NCBI RefSeq assembly: GCF_009914755.1
Contig: NC_060933.1
DNA length: 64,000 nt
Reading direction: 5' to 3' (one strand)
Source of the DNA: the human T2T-CHM13v2.0 reference genome, Homo sapiens
Each line of letters opens with the position of its first letter. Position 1 is the first letter of the stretch. The position numbers and the translations under genes were made by a program. Shown piece by piece: positions 50,636 to 63,150 of the stretch. The notes under the pieces were generated by a model. The model did no database searches. It was given only the letters and a program-made list of their open reading frames with translations, and was not told the origin of the DNA.

Positions 50636-51971
50636 CAAGTTCAACTATGAGGGGTCATCTGTGACTGAAGAGAGTCATGGTCTTTGACTGATAGTATAAT
50701 TATAGCCCAGCCTCTGGATATGTGAAGAGTATGGAATGGGAAAAAAAATTATCATTACATATCAAATCTGTACTAATCAAGACTGACCATCATCATCATG
50801 AAGATAATCGTATTGGAATGTTTAGACTAACAATAAATTACGGTCATGGCCTTTTTATTAAAATAGAATATTCATACGATGTTTTCAGGGAAACAGCAAT
50901 GATCTCTTTTTAAATTTCTGTGGGTGAGTTTTTAATAAAATATTATTTGGGGGTATGTAATTCAATTACAATAACTTTTCAGAAGATCTGAAATAGCTGG
51001 GGATGTGACAATAGGTTAGTTTTTTAAAAAAGCTGTCTCAGTCTACCCATCACATTGTAAATATGGCTAAAGTTTATAATTTTTAAGAGACTGATTTTAA
51101 AAAGCTCTTAATCAAACAGAAAGAAAAACTAGTTTATTTAACAAACACATTATACTTAAGTTAGCACAGCCAGTGCGTTTTTTTTAATTATGTCAAAATA
51201 GAAATAAAAATTAGCTCTGACCATTCTTTTTTCAACACACACACAAATATGAATACCACATGTTATTTACGCCATCACTTTGTGAAAGCTGATATACGCT
51301 TTCATACTCCACTCTTCCATAATGCCTCCTGGGAAGATACTACTTGATGAAAAATTAAGCTGAATCACTTTCTTTTTGCAGAGTACAGAGATGAGCGTGA
51401 CAATATACTCACTGTACATCTCTGGCTCGCATAATTTGCTCTTAAACTGTCACTTTAATTATTCTTGAATTGGGAGCTTGCCTCCAGGCAAATTTCACAG
51501 AGATTTTTAATAATCCATTTTATGAAACCTCATTACGGACACCAGGAAAATATTGATAATAAAAAAGATGAACACAAAGTTAAAAAATATATGAAGTGGA
51601 TTTATTCAAGGACAGGTAAACTTTTAAAAATAGAGCTTGACACATTTCTACTGCCTGTATTCTTGAAACCTGGAGCAGTCATTCTTCCAATTCTTTCCCA
51701 AGTCTTTTCCATGGGAAAGGGGATGAGGCTATAGCTATGGACGTCAATGACACTATGAATCTTGAGTAATTGTCCTAGGAACTAGGATGTTGTAGAGATA
51801 AAGTTAGATCTAAGATCATTGAAACATCCTTTACAGAAAATGTAAAAGAAAGTTACAAATAAAATCTTTCCAAGACAACCAAAAGCTGAGGGACTTCATT
51901 ACCACTAGACTCGTCCTACAAGGAATGCTTAGAGGAGTCTTATACCTAGAAGTGAAAAGGACAATATCTAC

Positions 51972-52336
51972 TATATTAGTTAATCCCCACACAGCTATAA
52001 AGATAGCATCCAAGACTAATTTGTAAAGGAAAGAGATTTAAATAACTCACAGTTCTACATGGATGGGGAGGCCTTAGGAAATTGGTGGAAGGCAAAGGGG
52101 AAGCAAGAACCTTCTTTACATGGTGATAGGAGAGAGAAGCCCAAGCAGGGAAAATGCCAGATGCTTATAAAACCATCAGATCTCATGAGAACTCACTCAC
52201 TATCACGAGAACAGTGTGGGGGAACTGCTGCAACGATCCAATCACCTCTCTCCCTCGACATGTGGGGATTACAGGTCCCTCCATCAGCACAATTCGAGAT
52301 GAGATTTGGGTGGGAACACAGAGCCAAACCGTATCA
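51972..52336 (-). mobile_element. MaLR solo LTR, THE1D/MSTA type
   Basis: aaaccatcagatctcatgagaactcactcactatcacgagaacag...gatgagatttgggtgggaacacagagccaaaccgtatca. Perfect 5-bp TSD TCTAC at 51967-51971 and 52337-52341. Confidence 0.92.
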
Positions 52337-54736
52337 TCTACCATCATAAAAATACACGAAAGTGGAAAACCTACAGGTAGAACAAATACACAAATAAGGA
52401 AAAAGATTCCAAATATTACCACGACAGAAAACAAACAAATCATAATGATAAAAGAAAGAGAGAAAGAGAGAGAGAAGACAGAAAACCAGAAATCAATTAA
52501 TAAAATGACAGGAATAAACCATATCAATATGAACCTTTAGTGTACATGATTTAAACTTTCCACTTAAAAGATATGGACTGGCCAAATGGGTTTTTTAAAA
52601 AAGATCTACTATGTGGTACCTACAAGAAATTCATTTTACCTATAAAGACACATATAGGCTAAAAGTAAAAGGATGGAAAACAATATTCTATGTAAACGGA
52701 AACCAAAATGAGCTGGAGAAGCTATACTTAGATAAAGACTTTAAGTTTAAAAAAAAACAGTAAAATCAGGCAAAGAATGGCAATATTTAATAATTTAAAA
52801 AATCAGCAAGAGGACATAATAATTCTAAACAAATATAAACCCAACACTGGAGCACCCAGATATATTCAGCAAATATTATTAGATCTAAAGGAAGAGATAG
52901 ACTCCAACACAATAATAGTTGGTGACTTCTATAGCCAACTCTCAGTATTAGACAGATTATCTAGACAGAAAATTAACAAAGAAACATTGGATTTAAATTC
53001 CATATTAGTACAAATGGACCTAACAGACATTTATAGATCATTTCATCCAGTAGTTGCAGAATACACATTCCTCTCATCAGTACGTGGAACATTCTCCAGG
53101 ATAAACCATATGTTAAGACACAAAACACATCTCAACAAATTTTTAAAAATCAAAATTATGTCAACTATCTGTCTCAGACGACAATGAAATAAAACTAGAA
53201 ATCAATAACAAGAGGAAGTTTGGAAACTACAAACACAATGAAATTAAACATATTCTGAATGACCACTGGGTCAAGGAAGAAATTAGAGAGGAAATAAAAA
53301 AGTCTTGAAACAAATGAAAATGGAAACACAAGTTAAAATCTGTGGGATACAGAAAAAGCAGTGTTAACAGGGCAGTTTATGGCAATAAATACCTATATCA
53401 AAAAAGTAGAAAGATTTGAAATAAATAATCTAACAATGCACCTCCAGGAACTAGAAAAGCAATAACAAACCAAATGCAAAGTTAGTAGAAGGTAAGAAAT
53501 CATAAAGATCAGAGCAGATCTAAACAAAATAGACTTAAAAAACAATACAAATAATCAACAAAATGTAAAATTGTTTTCCAAAAAGATAAATAAAATTGAT
53601 AAACCACTGTCTAGACAAACTAAGAAAAAAGAGAGAAGACCCAAATAAACAAAATTAGAAATGAAAAAAGAGACCTTACAACTGATACTACAGAAATGCA
53701 AAAGATCATCAGAGACTATTATGAACAACTATATGCTGACAAACTGGAAAACCCAGAGGAAACAGATGAATTCCTGGACACATACAACCAGCCTAAATTG
53801 AATTAGAAAGAAAGGGAAAACCTGAACAGACCAATAACAAGTAGCAAGACTGACTCACTAATAAAAACTCCCCCAAAGAAAAAAGTCCAGGACCAGAGGG
53901 CTTCAATTCCAAATTCTACTAAACTTCAAAGAACTACCACCCGTTCTCCCCAAGTGATTCCAAAAAATTGAAGATGAGAGAATTCTTCCTAATTCATTCT
54001 ATGAGGCCAGCATTACCCTGATACCAAAACCAGATGAGGACACACACACACACACACACAAAACTATAGGCCAATATTCCTTTTGAATATAGATGCAAAA
54101 ATCCTCCACATAAGATTGGCAAACAAAATTTAATAGCATATCAAAAAGATAATACACCATTGAAGAAGCTACATTGTCTGGGGTAGATACACTTGGGTTT
54201 GTTGTCAAGTACCATGAAAAGTTAGGACACAGACACACAGGAGGAGTTTAGGAGCAGAGGTTTAATAGGTAGAAGAGAAGAGAAAGAGAAACAGCTTCCT
54301 CTATAGAGGGAGGGGTCTCCTAAGACCAGCTGGCGGCAAATTCGCGGAGTTTTATAGTTCAGTTTGAGGAGGTAGTGTCTGATTTACATAGGGCTCATAG
54401 ATTGGTTCAGTCAGGTGTAATGTTTACATAGCATGTAGGGAAGGCTGGTGGCCCCACCCTAATTTTCTTATGCAAATGGGCTTTCCAGTTGATCGGTGCC
54501 ATCTTGTCTGTTCCTTACAGCACATGTAGCTGCCAGAGAAGGGAAGATGGAGTCACCATCTTGAAAATGTTCAGTCATTAGTTTCTGCTGGCATTCACCC
54601 ACGCAAGCTCCCAGCTTGCAGGCTGCTCTTTGTTAGAAAATGATTTGGGCTGTTTTTCATTAAAAACAAAAGCCTTACAGAGGACTGTCATGCACTTGCT
54701 ATCTGCCTAAGTAATTCCTTCCTAACTCCCATATAG

Positions 54737-54747
54737 TTCCCCCCTCT
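54737..54747 (-). promoter_or_regulatory. Retroviral polypurine tract
   Basis: Reverse complement agaggggggaa immediately before the 3' LTR. Confidence 0.8.
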
Positions 54748-57700
54748 GTAGTGGTAACTCCAACTGCTGTTAGTGGGTGTTGGGTGATGACTCTTTCTAG
54801 CTGCTTCCTGCTGAAAAGGGGCTTCACGTAGGGAACACCAGCTAGGGCTCCTCCTGGGGTTGATCTAAGTGTCCTCAGAAGAAAGGCATGTTGCATGGTT
54901 CGGTCTGCAGCACCATTTGGAGTTTAACTGCTGTCAGCTATTCTGATGAGTTGTAGCAGTGGTTTGCGTTTATCAGATGTTGCTGAAACATTAATATAAT
55001 AGCAGCATTCCTTTTAGGATAAGTGACATTGAATTTGGGTGGCTAGAGTAAATTCAGTGTTAACCTTGGCTAGCTCTTTCCTGCAATGATCAGTCCCTTC
55101 ATGACTTCCACAAAAAATATCTTTCCTTTGTAACCTTCTTTGCATAGCTAGGGTGGGACATATTACCAAATCCAATAAGAAGTTCTAGCAAACTCAGTGA
55201 TAGTAAAACTTTCATGCTTGTTTTTGTTGGTAGCTATCATTCCTGCTTTAAGGATAATAATTAAGCAAAATACTACAGCAATGGAAACTCTCTGTCCAAT
55301 ATTTCAGTTAGAAGGTGCTACTGTGTACAACCCTACTGCAAACAGTAGAGTGAGTATAGCAATTTCTGCAAATGTGGTGAAGTGGATAATTTCCATTTAA
55401 AATTTTATATGCCAAACTATGGAATTTCCTTTTGGGGGTCTATGAAGTTCCTTGGTATTATTTTGCCAAACAAAGAAACCTCTGGGTTATGGGTGCCCTA
55501 CTCACTTTTATTACCTGGCAGAATTTGCAGGATAATTTCCCAGAACTAGCATATTGATCCAGATTTTTGCATTACTCATCCCTTTTTGTTTCTTCAAAGC
55601 TGTAGGAGATCACCACTTGATTCACAGGAATAAGCAGGGTTAGTATAAAATGTAGGCAGAAAGCTAAAAAAATTAATGAGACTAGGATTTAGTGACAAAT
55701 GTATGATAATCTTTGGAGTACAGTTTCTCTCCCCAGTCCTCATTTTTGGTTAAAAAAAATAAGATAGGACTGTGTTGTTTGTAGATAAAACTTTAGTCTT
55801 ATACTTGGCCTGATTATTTGCATAAAGTGCAGCAAGAATAATTATTTCTACATAGGCCTTTTGGATTGGCTTTGAAGGAACTCTGTTCCACAAGGAATCT
55901 CAGATAAGATCTCTTAAAGCTGGGCCCAACCATGGGTTTTTATCCTCAAATACCTGTGAGTTGGGTGATCATTTTCTCTTAAGGTCTTGCTACCCCTAAA
56001 TTCAAAACAGTGAGATAACACAATGCAAAATGGAACAAAGCCTTTGATTTTGATAGGGAACTATCTGCTTTTAATTCCTTGGGTTTCGTGATGAAAACAG
56101 AGGGTTTTCTTTTCTCAAAACAGGGTCCATGACACCTCTTCTGTTTTTCCCAAGGAGTCCTATGCTACCAGAAGTTATCTTAGGGCCTCTCATGCATGCA
56201 TTAAGAGTGGCAAGACAAAAAATGGAAAAAAATAATTCAGTTGACTGAGAAGAAAACATTTTTCTAGAAAAACAAGACCCAAGAAGAGAAAAACAAAGGC
56301 CTTTTAATTATACCTATAACTTGAATATCCACTTTTAATTAAGCTGAGTGCTCTTTAGAAAAATCCTTTTAAATCCCTTGTTACTCGACTTTAGCCATGC
56401 CAAGCAGTTAAGGTTTTCAACTTTTTGAAATTTACAAAAAGTAACCTCACAGGTGAACCAACAAGCCTTAATTAAGTTAGGACTTAACCGTGAGTGTACA
56501 AGGTATTTTCAAAGGGGTGATAGTAAACTTTTGAAACAATCATTGCAAAACTGTGACTGAGATCGTAAAAGAGATGGAACCCAACCATTTCATTTTGTTT
56601 CCAGTCCAAAGTTGTCCTTGCCCACCCCTGGACATAGGCGGATCCAACTTTGGGAGGAGCCTGGTTTACAGTTTATAGTCTAAAACAAAGATGTAATAGC
56701 CCCTTCTTAAAATATATTTATCTCTTGCCCGGTGATGAGACCAAGAAACTAGACATAAGATTAGAAACCATGGCCTAGGAGTCACAAGGCTGGAGGTTGC
56801 AAGATTTTGACCCTCCCTAGGTGCTTAAGATATTTTGTAAATGCTGCCCTTGATGGATCAGCTGGCACCACCCAGATTGACAAACTGGCCTATCTGATTC
56901 TGTGGTCCTCACCCAGGAACTGACTTAGCACAAGAAGACAGGTACCACTGTAAAATGGCAGAGACTAAAACAAGGTATTGCCACATGGTTACAGGTCATG
57001 TTCCCAAGGACATGAAACAAGATGGAAGCCTGTAGCCAAGTTTGTTACTGACTATTTTGTTGGGCTGGCTTGAACAGCAGGCTTATGAGGTCCTAGGCCT
57101 GCATCCAAACCTAAGATACCCTTTCTTTTACAGAACTATACAAAAAGACACACAAAACACACCAGATTGGCTACAGCTTAAGACCAATATCACAAATCCA
57201 TTTTTATTAATTAAAACTTTACAGAGAACATAAACAATGATCCTTATTGTCTGTTTTACTGCGTTGCACAGGGAGAGAGAAGCCAAAAGCCTGACTGGTA
57301 AGAAGGTTTTACCCTTTTGCCAACATGTCAGACTTCTAGGTTCCCTTCCCCCTAGCTCAACTCTAAGCCAAGTATTTTAAGGTTTGGGGAAATTAACTTT
57401 TGCCAGCTTAGAAGAACTTTATAAAAGAGCCATTTTAAACTGTGAAAGGAGGGAAAACATCATAGAAAAGTCCAGGTGTTTCAGTTAGGGCTGTCAAAAG
57501 GTATTGCCTCTCTTCCTATTGGTAATGGTGTTTCCCTTCTCTTTTTTTTGCCTTTCCTATTTTCTCTTTTCCTTTTATGCCTAATATGGAGACATACTGC
57601 TCATCTGCAAGTTTCTCTCCTTCCTACAGGGCTGCCTGCTTCTCAGCTGTGGTTAGGATTTGGTTTAGGAGCAGTATAACATTCCTCCATGACAGGTCAA

Positions 57701-58381
57701 ATACCTGAGTTAAATTTTGGAAAGCTTTTATATACCTATCAAGGTCATCAGAAAATTGGCTTAAGTCTCCCTTTATTTGCCTAAGGTTCCGCAATGAGAA
57801 GGGAACTTGTAGGGGCCCCAGAGAAGTAAGATCCTCAGATGGTTCCCCTGGAAGTTTCTTTTCTAATTTGGGGGAATTATTCTCTTTGTGCCTGCCTGAT
57901 ATGATTGCTGAAAGAACTGGGTATATTTTGTAATGGCTGTAGAAGATCTAATAAAAAGGCCATAACCTTACCCAAAATCAAATGAGACGCTTTTTCTTTA
58001 AAGTCTCAGGGTCAAAGGAGTCCCTGTGCTTCAGAATGCACTCCAGAGGAGTGCATGCCAAAGATAATAAAGAGAAGTGAGAAAAAGGCATCCCTTTAGT
58101 CTCCTCCCCTTTGGTGTGACCCAGAGTGGAGAGGAAGACAGTGGGGGCATCCTCCCTGCTGTTTTCCCTCTGTGGTTCCTGGGTCCCAGCACCTTGTTGA
58201 ATGTGCCACCCATGGTTGCAAGCATGACCCCCAACCATGGAACCAGAGGAACTAAATGATTGGGGCTAGTCACACTCACCCAAGTGGCTCTAGTCCTCTG
58301 TGTGGGATTTTCCTTGGACTTTCTAGACTTCTGTGACCTGCCTGGCTCCCCCAAAAAATGTATCTAAAACAAAAAAAAAAA

Positions 58382-58417
<36 letters not shown>
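58382..58417. repeat. (CA)n microsatellite in the provirus leader
   Basis: Seen directly, ~17 units. Confidence 0.95.
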
Positions 58418-58420
<3 letters not shown>

Positions 58421-59596
58421 TATAATAGTTGGCCAAAGCCACTTTAATGGAGGGCGCATGCTAGACTGAACCATATATCCTGCTATTATGGCCCATGCTG
58501 AATTGTTTACCCTTAGAGAATGGTTCTGGTTAACTACTAAAGTTAAAATCCCCTTACTAATTAATTGCCACTCTAACTGGTGGTAGAATAGGTGACTTAA
58601 AAGAACATAGGGACCGAATGGCTATTTTTCTGTTGATGAGACAGTATTGAGACTAAAATTTGGTTTTATAGGATATTATACCCCTAAAAGTTGAAGGCAG
58701 GATTTTCTCACTTACAGAAGCAGCGTGAAGCCTGATTTCTAGCAGAGAGGTGCAAAAAGGGAAGAGAATTGGGAGGCTAAGGTATTTTGCTGAAGGACTG
58801 ATAATGTGCCTCATGGAGAGGATTCCTATTCCACTAGGTGGTGCTGTTGACCTTGAAACACCATGTGCTGTCTAGACCAAGGGGAGAGTGACGTTAACAT
58901 GCCATGTGCTTTCCAGACCAAAGGCAGAGAGAGACCTGGAAATGCCATGTGCTCTCCAGACCAAGAGAAGAGAGAGACACTCACCGTTGGGGGGGAAACC
59001 TCTGTTCCTAGAAAATCACAAAGACACCTTCCCTTGAGCTATGTCCCTGGTTACTATGACATTCCCTGATCTTGACAAACAAGATTACTTCCCTGAACTG
59101 TAAAACTTCCCATGGGTTGCATACACAGAGAAGATAAACGATATGATGGTCATAGACAGGAAAGGAGGAATTTACTATAGGAAAGTTGGAGATCCTGTTG
59201 CTGACACCCACTGGGGTGGTCAGAGGTTGGGGTCAGTCCAATAGCCTTTGGATGACACTGGGGGGTAGCCCTGGCCAGAAATCTTCAGCTTCCCCAGGAC
59301 TTCTTCCAGTCCCACACAACGGCTAAGTCTTCCATAAAAGGAAGTTGGTTTAAACATGGCCAATATGACAGAAACCCATGGGTACTGGGTGATTCTCCAT
59401 GTTCTCCCCAGCATGCGGGTCCCCCAAGTCTTGTAAGGCTGGGAGCCATGCTAATCGTTTTCAAATGGCTGAAGGGGGCCCAGTATTTGGTTTGATTTGG
59501 TTCTAAAATGGAGGCCAAGAGCCTCAGAATGAAAGGACAGAGCTGGAGTCCACTCCACTACTCTACTCACCATTCTGATGAATGTTGTACCTTGGT

Positions 59597-59615
59597 ATCC
59601 CAGACGAGGTCCTCA
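59597..59615 (-). promoter_or_regulatory. Retroviral primer-binding site, tRNA-Pro type (degenerate)
   Basis: Reverse complement tgaggacctcgtctgggat versus PBS-Pro TGGGGGCTCGTCCGGGAT, 3 nt inside the 5' LTR. Confidence 0.75.
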
Positions 59616-60842
59616 TCATGAAGCAGCTAAATTGTCTGCGGTATGTGCCCTGGGGTTTGTTGTCACACGCCAGGAAAATTTAGGACGCAGACACACATTA
59701 GGAGTTTATGAGCAGAGGTTTAATAGGTAGAAGAGAAGAGTAAGAGAAACAGCTTCCTCTATAAAGGAAGGGGGTCTCCGAGTGGAAAGGACCAGCTGAT
59801 GGCAAATGCGCCGAGTTTTATAGTCCAGGTTAAGAAGGCAAGCGTCTGATTTACACAGGACTCACAGATTACTTCAATCAGATATGATGTTTACATAGCA
59901 TGCAGGGAAGGCTGGTCTCCCAAGCCTAATCTTATTATGCAAATAAGCTTCCCAATTGATTGGTGCCATCTTGTCTGTTCCTTACAGCACATGTGGCTGC
60001 CAGAGAAGGGAAGATGGAGTTGCCATCTTTAAAATGTCTAGTCCTTAGTTTCTGCCAGCATTCACCCATGCAAAATCGCAGCTTGCAGGCTGCTCTTTAT
60101 TAGAAAGTGATTTGGGGCTAGTAAACATTAAAAACAATAGGCTTACCAAGGACTCCAATGCCCTTGCTATCTGCCTAAGTAATTCCTTCTTAACTCCTGT
60201 ATCACCATGATCAAATTGGATTTATCTCTCAGATTCAAGTATGTTTTAACATAACCAAATCCGTAAATGTGATCTGTCACATCAACAGAATGAAGGACAA
60301 AAACCATATAATTATACTGATAGACACACACACAAAAAATTGATTCAATTCAACATTGCTTCATAATAAAAGTTCTTAACTAGGCACTGAAGAAACATAC
60401 CTCAACATAATAAAGGCTATACATGACAAACCTATAGCTAACAACATACTAAACATCAAAAAGCTGAAAGCCTTTTCTCTAAGAACTGGAGCAGGAAAAG
60501 AATGACCACTTTCACCTCTCCTATGCAACATTGCACTGGAAAAACTAGCCAGAGCAATCAGGCAAGAGAAAGAAATGAAAGGCATCCAAATTGGAAAATG
60601 GGAAGTCAAATCGTCCTTCTTTGCAGATGACATAATCTTAAATCTAGAAAAACCTAAAGACTCCACCAAAAAAACTCTTTGATCTGATAAGAAACTTCAG
60701 TAAAGTTTTATGATTAAAAAAACATACAAAAATCAGTAGCATTTCTATACACCAATAATGAACTAGCTAAGAAATAAATCACAAAGGCAATCTTATTTAC
60801 AAATATAAAAATAAAATAAAATACATAGGAATAAATTGACTC

Positions 60843-61142
60843 TTTTTTTTTTTTTTTTTTTTTTTTTTGAGATGGAGTCTCGCTCTGTCACCCAGGCTGG
60901 AGTGCAGTGACGCAGTCTTGGCTCACTGCAAGCTCCGCCTCCCAGGTTCACGCCATTCTCCTGCCTCAGCCTCTCCGAGTAGCTGGGACTACAGGCGCCC
61001 GCCACCACGCCCGGCTAATTTTTTCTTTTTATTTTTAGTAGAGACGGGGTTTCACCGTGGTCTCGATCTCCTGACCTCGTGATCCACCCGCCTCGGCCTC
61101 CCAAAGTGCTGGGATTACAGGTGTGAGCCACCACGCCTGGCC
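60843..61142 (-). mobile_element. AluY of the Yd lineage (Yd2/Yd3, RepeatMasker AluYc3-like)
   Basis: 12-bp left-arm deletion (gagaccacggtgaaacc) and 1-nt insertion (ctcggagaggctg); 26-nt tail; no TSD visible. Confidence 0.85.
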
Positions 61143-61353
61143 GCATGGGGAGTTTTATGAGCCAGTCCTCAGGATAGCATACCCCCAATTATGTTGGTCA
61201 GAAACCAACCATATAGGACCAACCTGATTACTAAGGAATCTGGGTCTTCCTGTGTGTCTGAGAAGAGAAGCAAGTTTGAGAATGTATCTAACCTCTGCTA
61301 CAATCTGTCTCATATGAATTAAATAAAAGTGAGTCTGTTCCTGGAGATTCATT

Positions 61354-61403
61354 TGTGTGTGTGTGTACATGTGTGTGTGCGTGTGTGTGTGTGTGTGTGT
61401 GTG
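61354..61403. repeat. Interrupted (TG)n microsatellite
   Basis: Seen directly. Confidence 0.95.
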
Positions 61404-61829
61404 AATAAATCAATAAAGTCTAGTTTCAACTATACAGGGATGAACGTAAAACTTGTCTTATGAAGATTCAATTGAGAAATCCTACCTTAAGCCATTCAAC
61501 AATAGACCAAAATCAAGATATTGTAAACATCAGAAACTGAAGCCCAGGTCTTTTGCTGTGAAAATTCAGGCTCCCATATTATTGATATAATTTTAAATAT
61601 TACAGTTTTATGAAAGTAAAATCATCTTAAATTTTTGCCATTCTGTTTTCAAGAAAATAAAAAAGGTCATCAAATTATCTCTTTACAACTTGTTGCAAAT
61701 TAAACGTGACACAAGAAAAATAAGGGATGATTTTACCTTGATAGTAGATAAAAATGAACTGTCTTTTAGCAACCATATCAACTAACTCACATATGTATGC
61801 ACAAAAAGAAATAATTATAGATTGCCTAA

Positions 61830-61985
61830 CAATAGCAACTACCATAAATGCAGCACTTTTTTAAGTGCCAAGTACTATGCTACGTTCTTTATCTACTTTG
61901 TGATGAATCTCCTGTCAACTCTGTAAAGTGTTTATCTTTATTCTTCTTTTACATAAGAGGAAGCTAAAAGTCCAAAAGGAAAAGA
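61830..61985 (-). mobile_element. MIR fragment
   Basis: aagtgccaagtactatgcta...tgaatctcctgtcaactctgtaa...ttttacataagaggaagcta. Confidence 0.65.
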
Positions 61986-62307
61986 AATATAATAAGTGGT
62001 CTGTCAATAGCTTAATGATCAAATATATAAGGTCATGTGGATAATAAGTAGATTTAAACTTGTATCAAGTGACAATTACACATATTTTAAGATATTGACA
62101 GCATGGAATGAAAATGAGTTTTAAAAAAATAATCTGCAAGTATTAATCCTCAGTAAGCCAATGAAATAACTGGCCATTTTCTGATTTCAAGTTTTATTTA
62201 CTATTATAAACCAGGCAAAAGAGAATATTAATTAAAATAATTGGTATTTACTGAGCTCTTAGTATGTACCAGAGACTATGTTAAATAATGTATGTGCACT
62301 TTGAAAA

Positions 62308-62733
62308 TGTATCAGTCGGCTATTACCACAAAAATGTTGTGTAATAAACAGTACCTAAATTCACTGACTTAAAACAATAAGCATTTAACTGACTAAGATT
62401 TGTGGGTTGACAACAACTCTGCAGAGATAGGCTGTATTTTATATTTGGGGCTCAAGTATGAAGATTGGGTTTAGATCTATTCTATAACACTTCCATTCTA
62501 CATGAACCAAAAGTTACCTGGGGTATGTTTTTCTTAAAGCAAATAACAGGAATGCAAGAGAATGAGTGAAAAAGCATAAGGTCACCTAAGGCTTTAGCTC
62601 ATAACGAACACATTATCACTACCGCCCACATTCTCTGTCCAAACTCACCATCAGTGGGTAGCAGCATAAAGTCATAAGGCAAAGGGCACAGGAAGAGCAT
62701 TGGAATATTGTAAAAATAATTCAATCAACCACA
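62308..62733 (-). mobile_element. Old MaLR solo LTR (MLT1G-J type)
   Basis: tgtatcagtcggctattacc...tgacttaaaacaataagcattt...ccgcccacattc...aataattcaatcaaccaca. Confidence 0.75.
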
Positions 62734-62900
62734 TAAAGTATTTGCTCATAATAACTCTTTTAGGGCGACACCTAAAAAAGATGAGAAACTTTTCTTAGTC
62801 ACATAGTACCTAGTTCGGAAGTACAAGAGTCATATTTTAAACTCTTATCTGTTTAACTACAACCTAAGCTCTAAACTGCTACAAAATCAAACTGATAGAA

Positions 62901-63150
62901 TTTTTTTTTTTTTTTGAGACAGTCTGACCCTATTGCCCAGGTTGAAGTTCAGTGGCACAACACCTGTTCACTGCAAGCTCTGCCACCCTCCCAAGTACCT
63001 GGGACTACAGGTGTGCATCACCACACCCAGCTAATTTTTATATTTTTTGTAGAGATGTGGTCTCTCAAGCTGGTCTTTGAACTCCTGGGCTCAAGCAATC
63101 TACCTGCCTTGGCCTTTCAAAGTGCTGGGATTACAGGTGTGAATCCGGTC
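62901..63150 (-). mobile_element. AluJ with internal deletions
   Basis: Poly(T) and J-type gaactcctgggctcaagcaatc. Degenerate TSD tgatagaattttt / tgacagtgttttt. Confidence 0.85.

Larger units (their letters stand above)
54161..60204 (-). mobile_element. MER61-type ERV1 provirus (two LTRs plus internally deleted MER61-int/HUERS-P3-like body), 6044 bp
   Basis: 5' LTR 59619-60204 (reverse complement tgatacaggagttaagaaggaattacttaggcagatag); 3' LTR ~54161-54736; 4-bp TSD CCAT at 54157-54160 and 60205-60208. gag remnants ACTPLECILKHRDSFDPETLKKKRLI (ORF 57978-58238) and capsid-like QIKGDLSQFSDDLDRYIKAFQNLTQVFDL (~57690-57785). Confidence 0.9.
51830..60840 (+). mobile_element. L1MA/L1PB-type LINE-1 (end of ORF1 to mid ORF2), interrupted by a THE1/MST LTR and the MER61 provirus, 3'-truncated at an Alu
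   Basis: EN-domain ORF 52777-53187 (PNTGAPRYIQQILLDL...IIVGDF). L1 resumes after each insert (atacaccat|gatcaa). RT motif tttgcagatgacata near 60620. Confidence 0.9.

Noticed and set aside
52059-52540. Overlapping 96-128 aa ORFs
   Set aside because: Read-through of THE1/MST LTR and L1 sequence.
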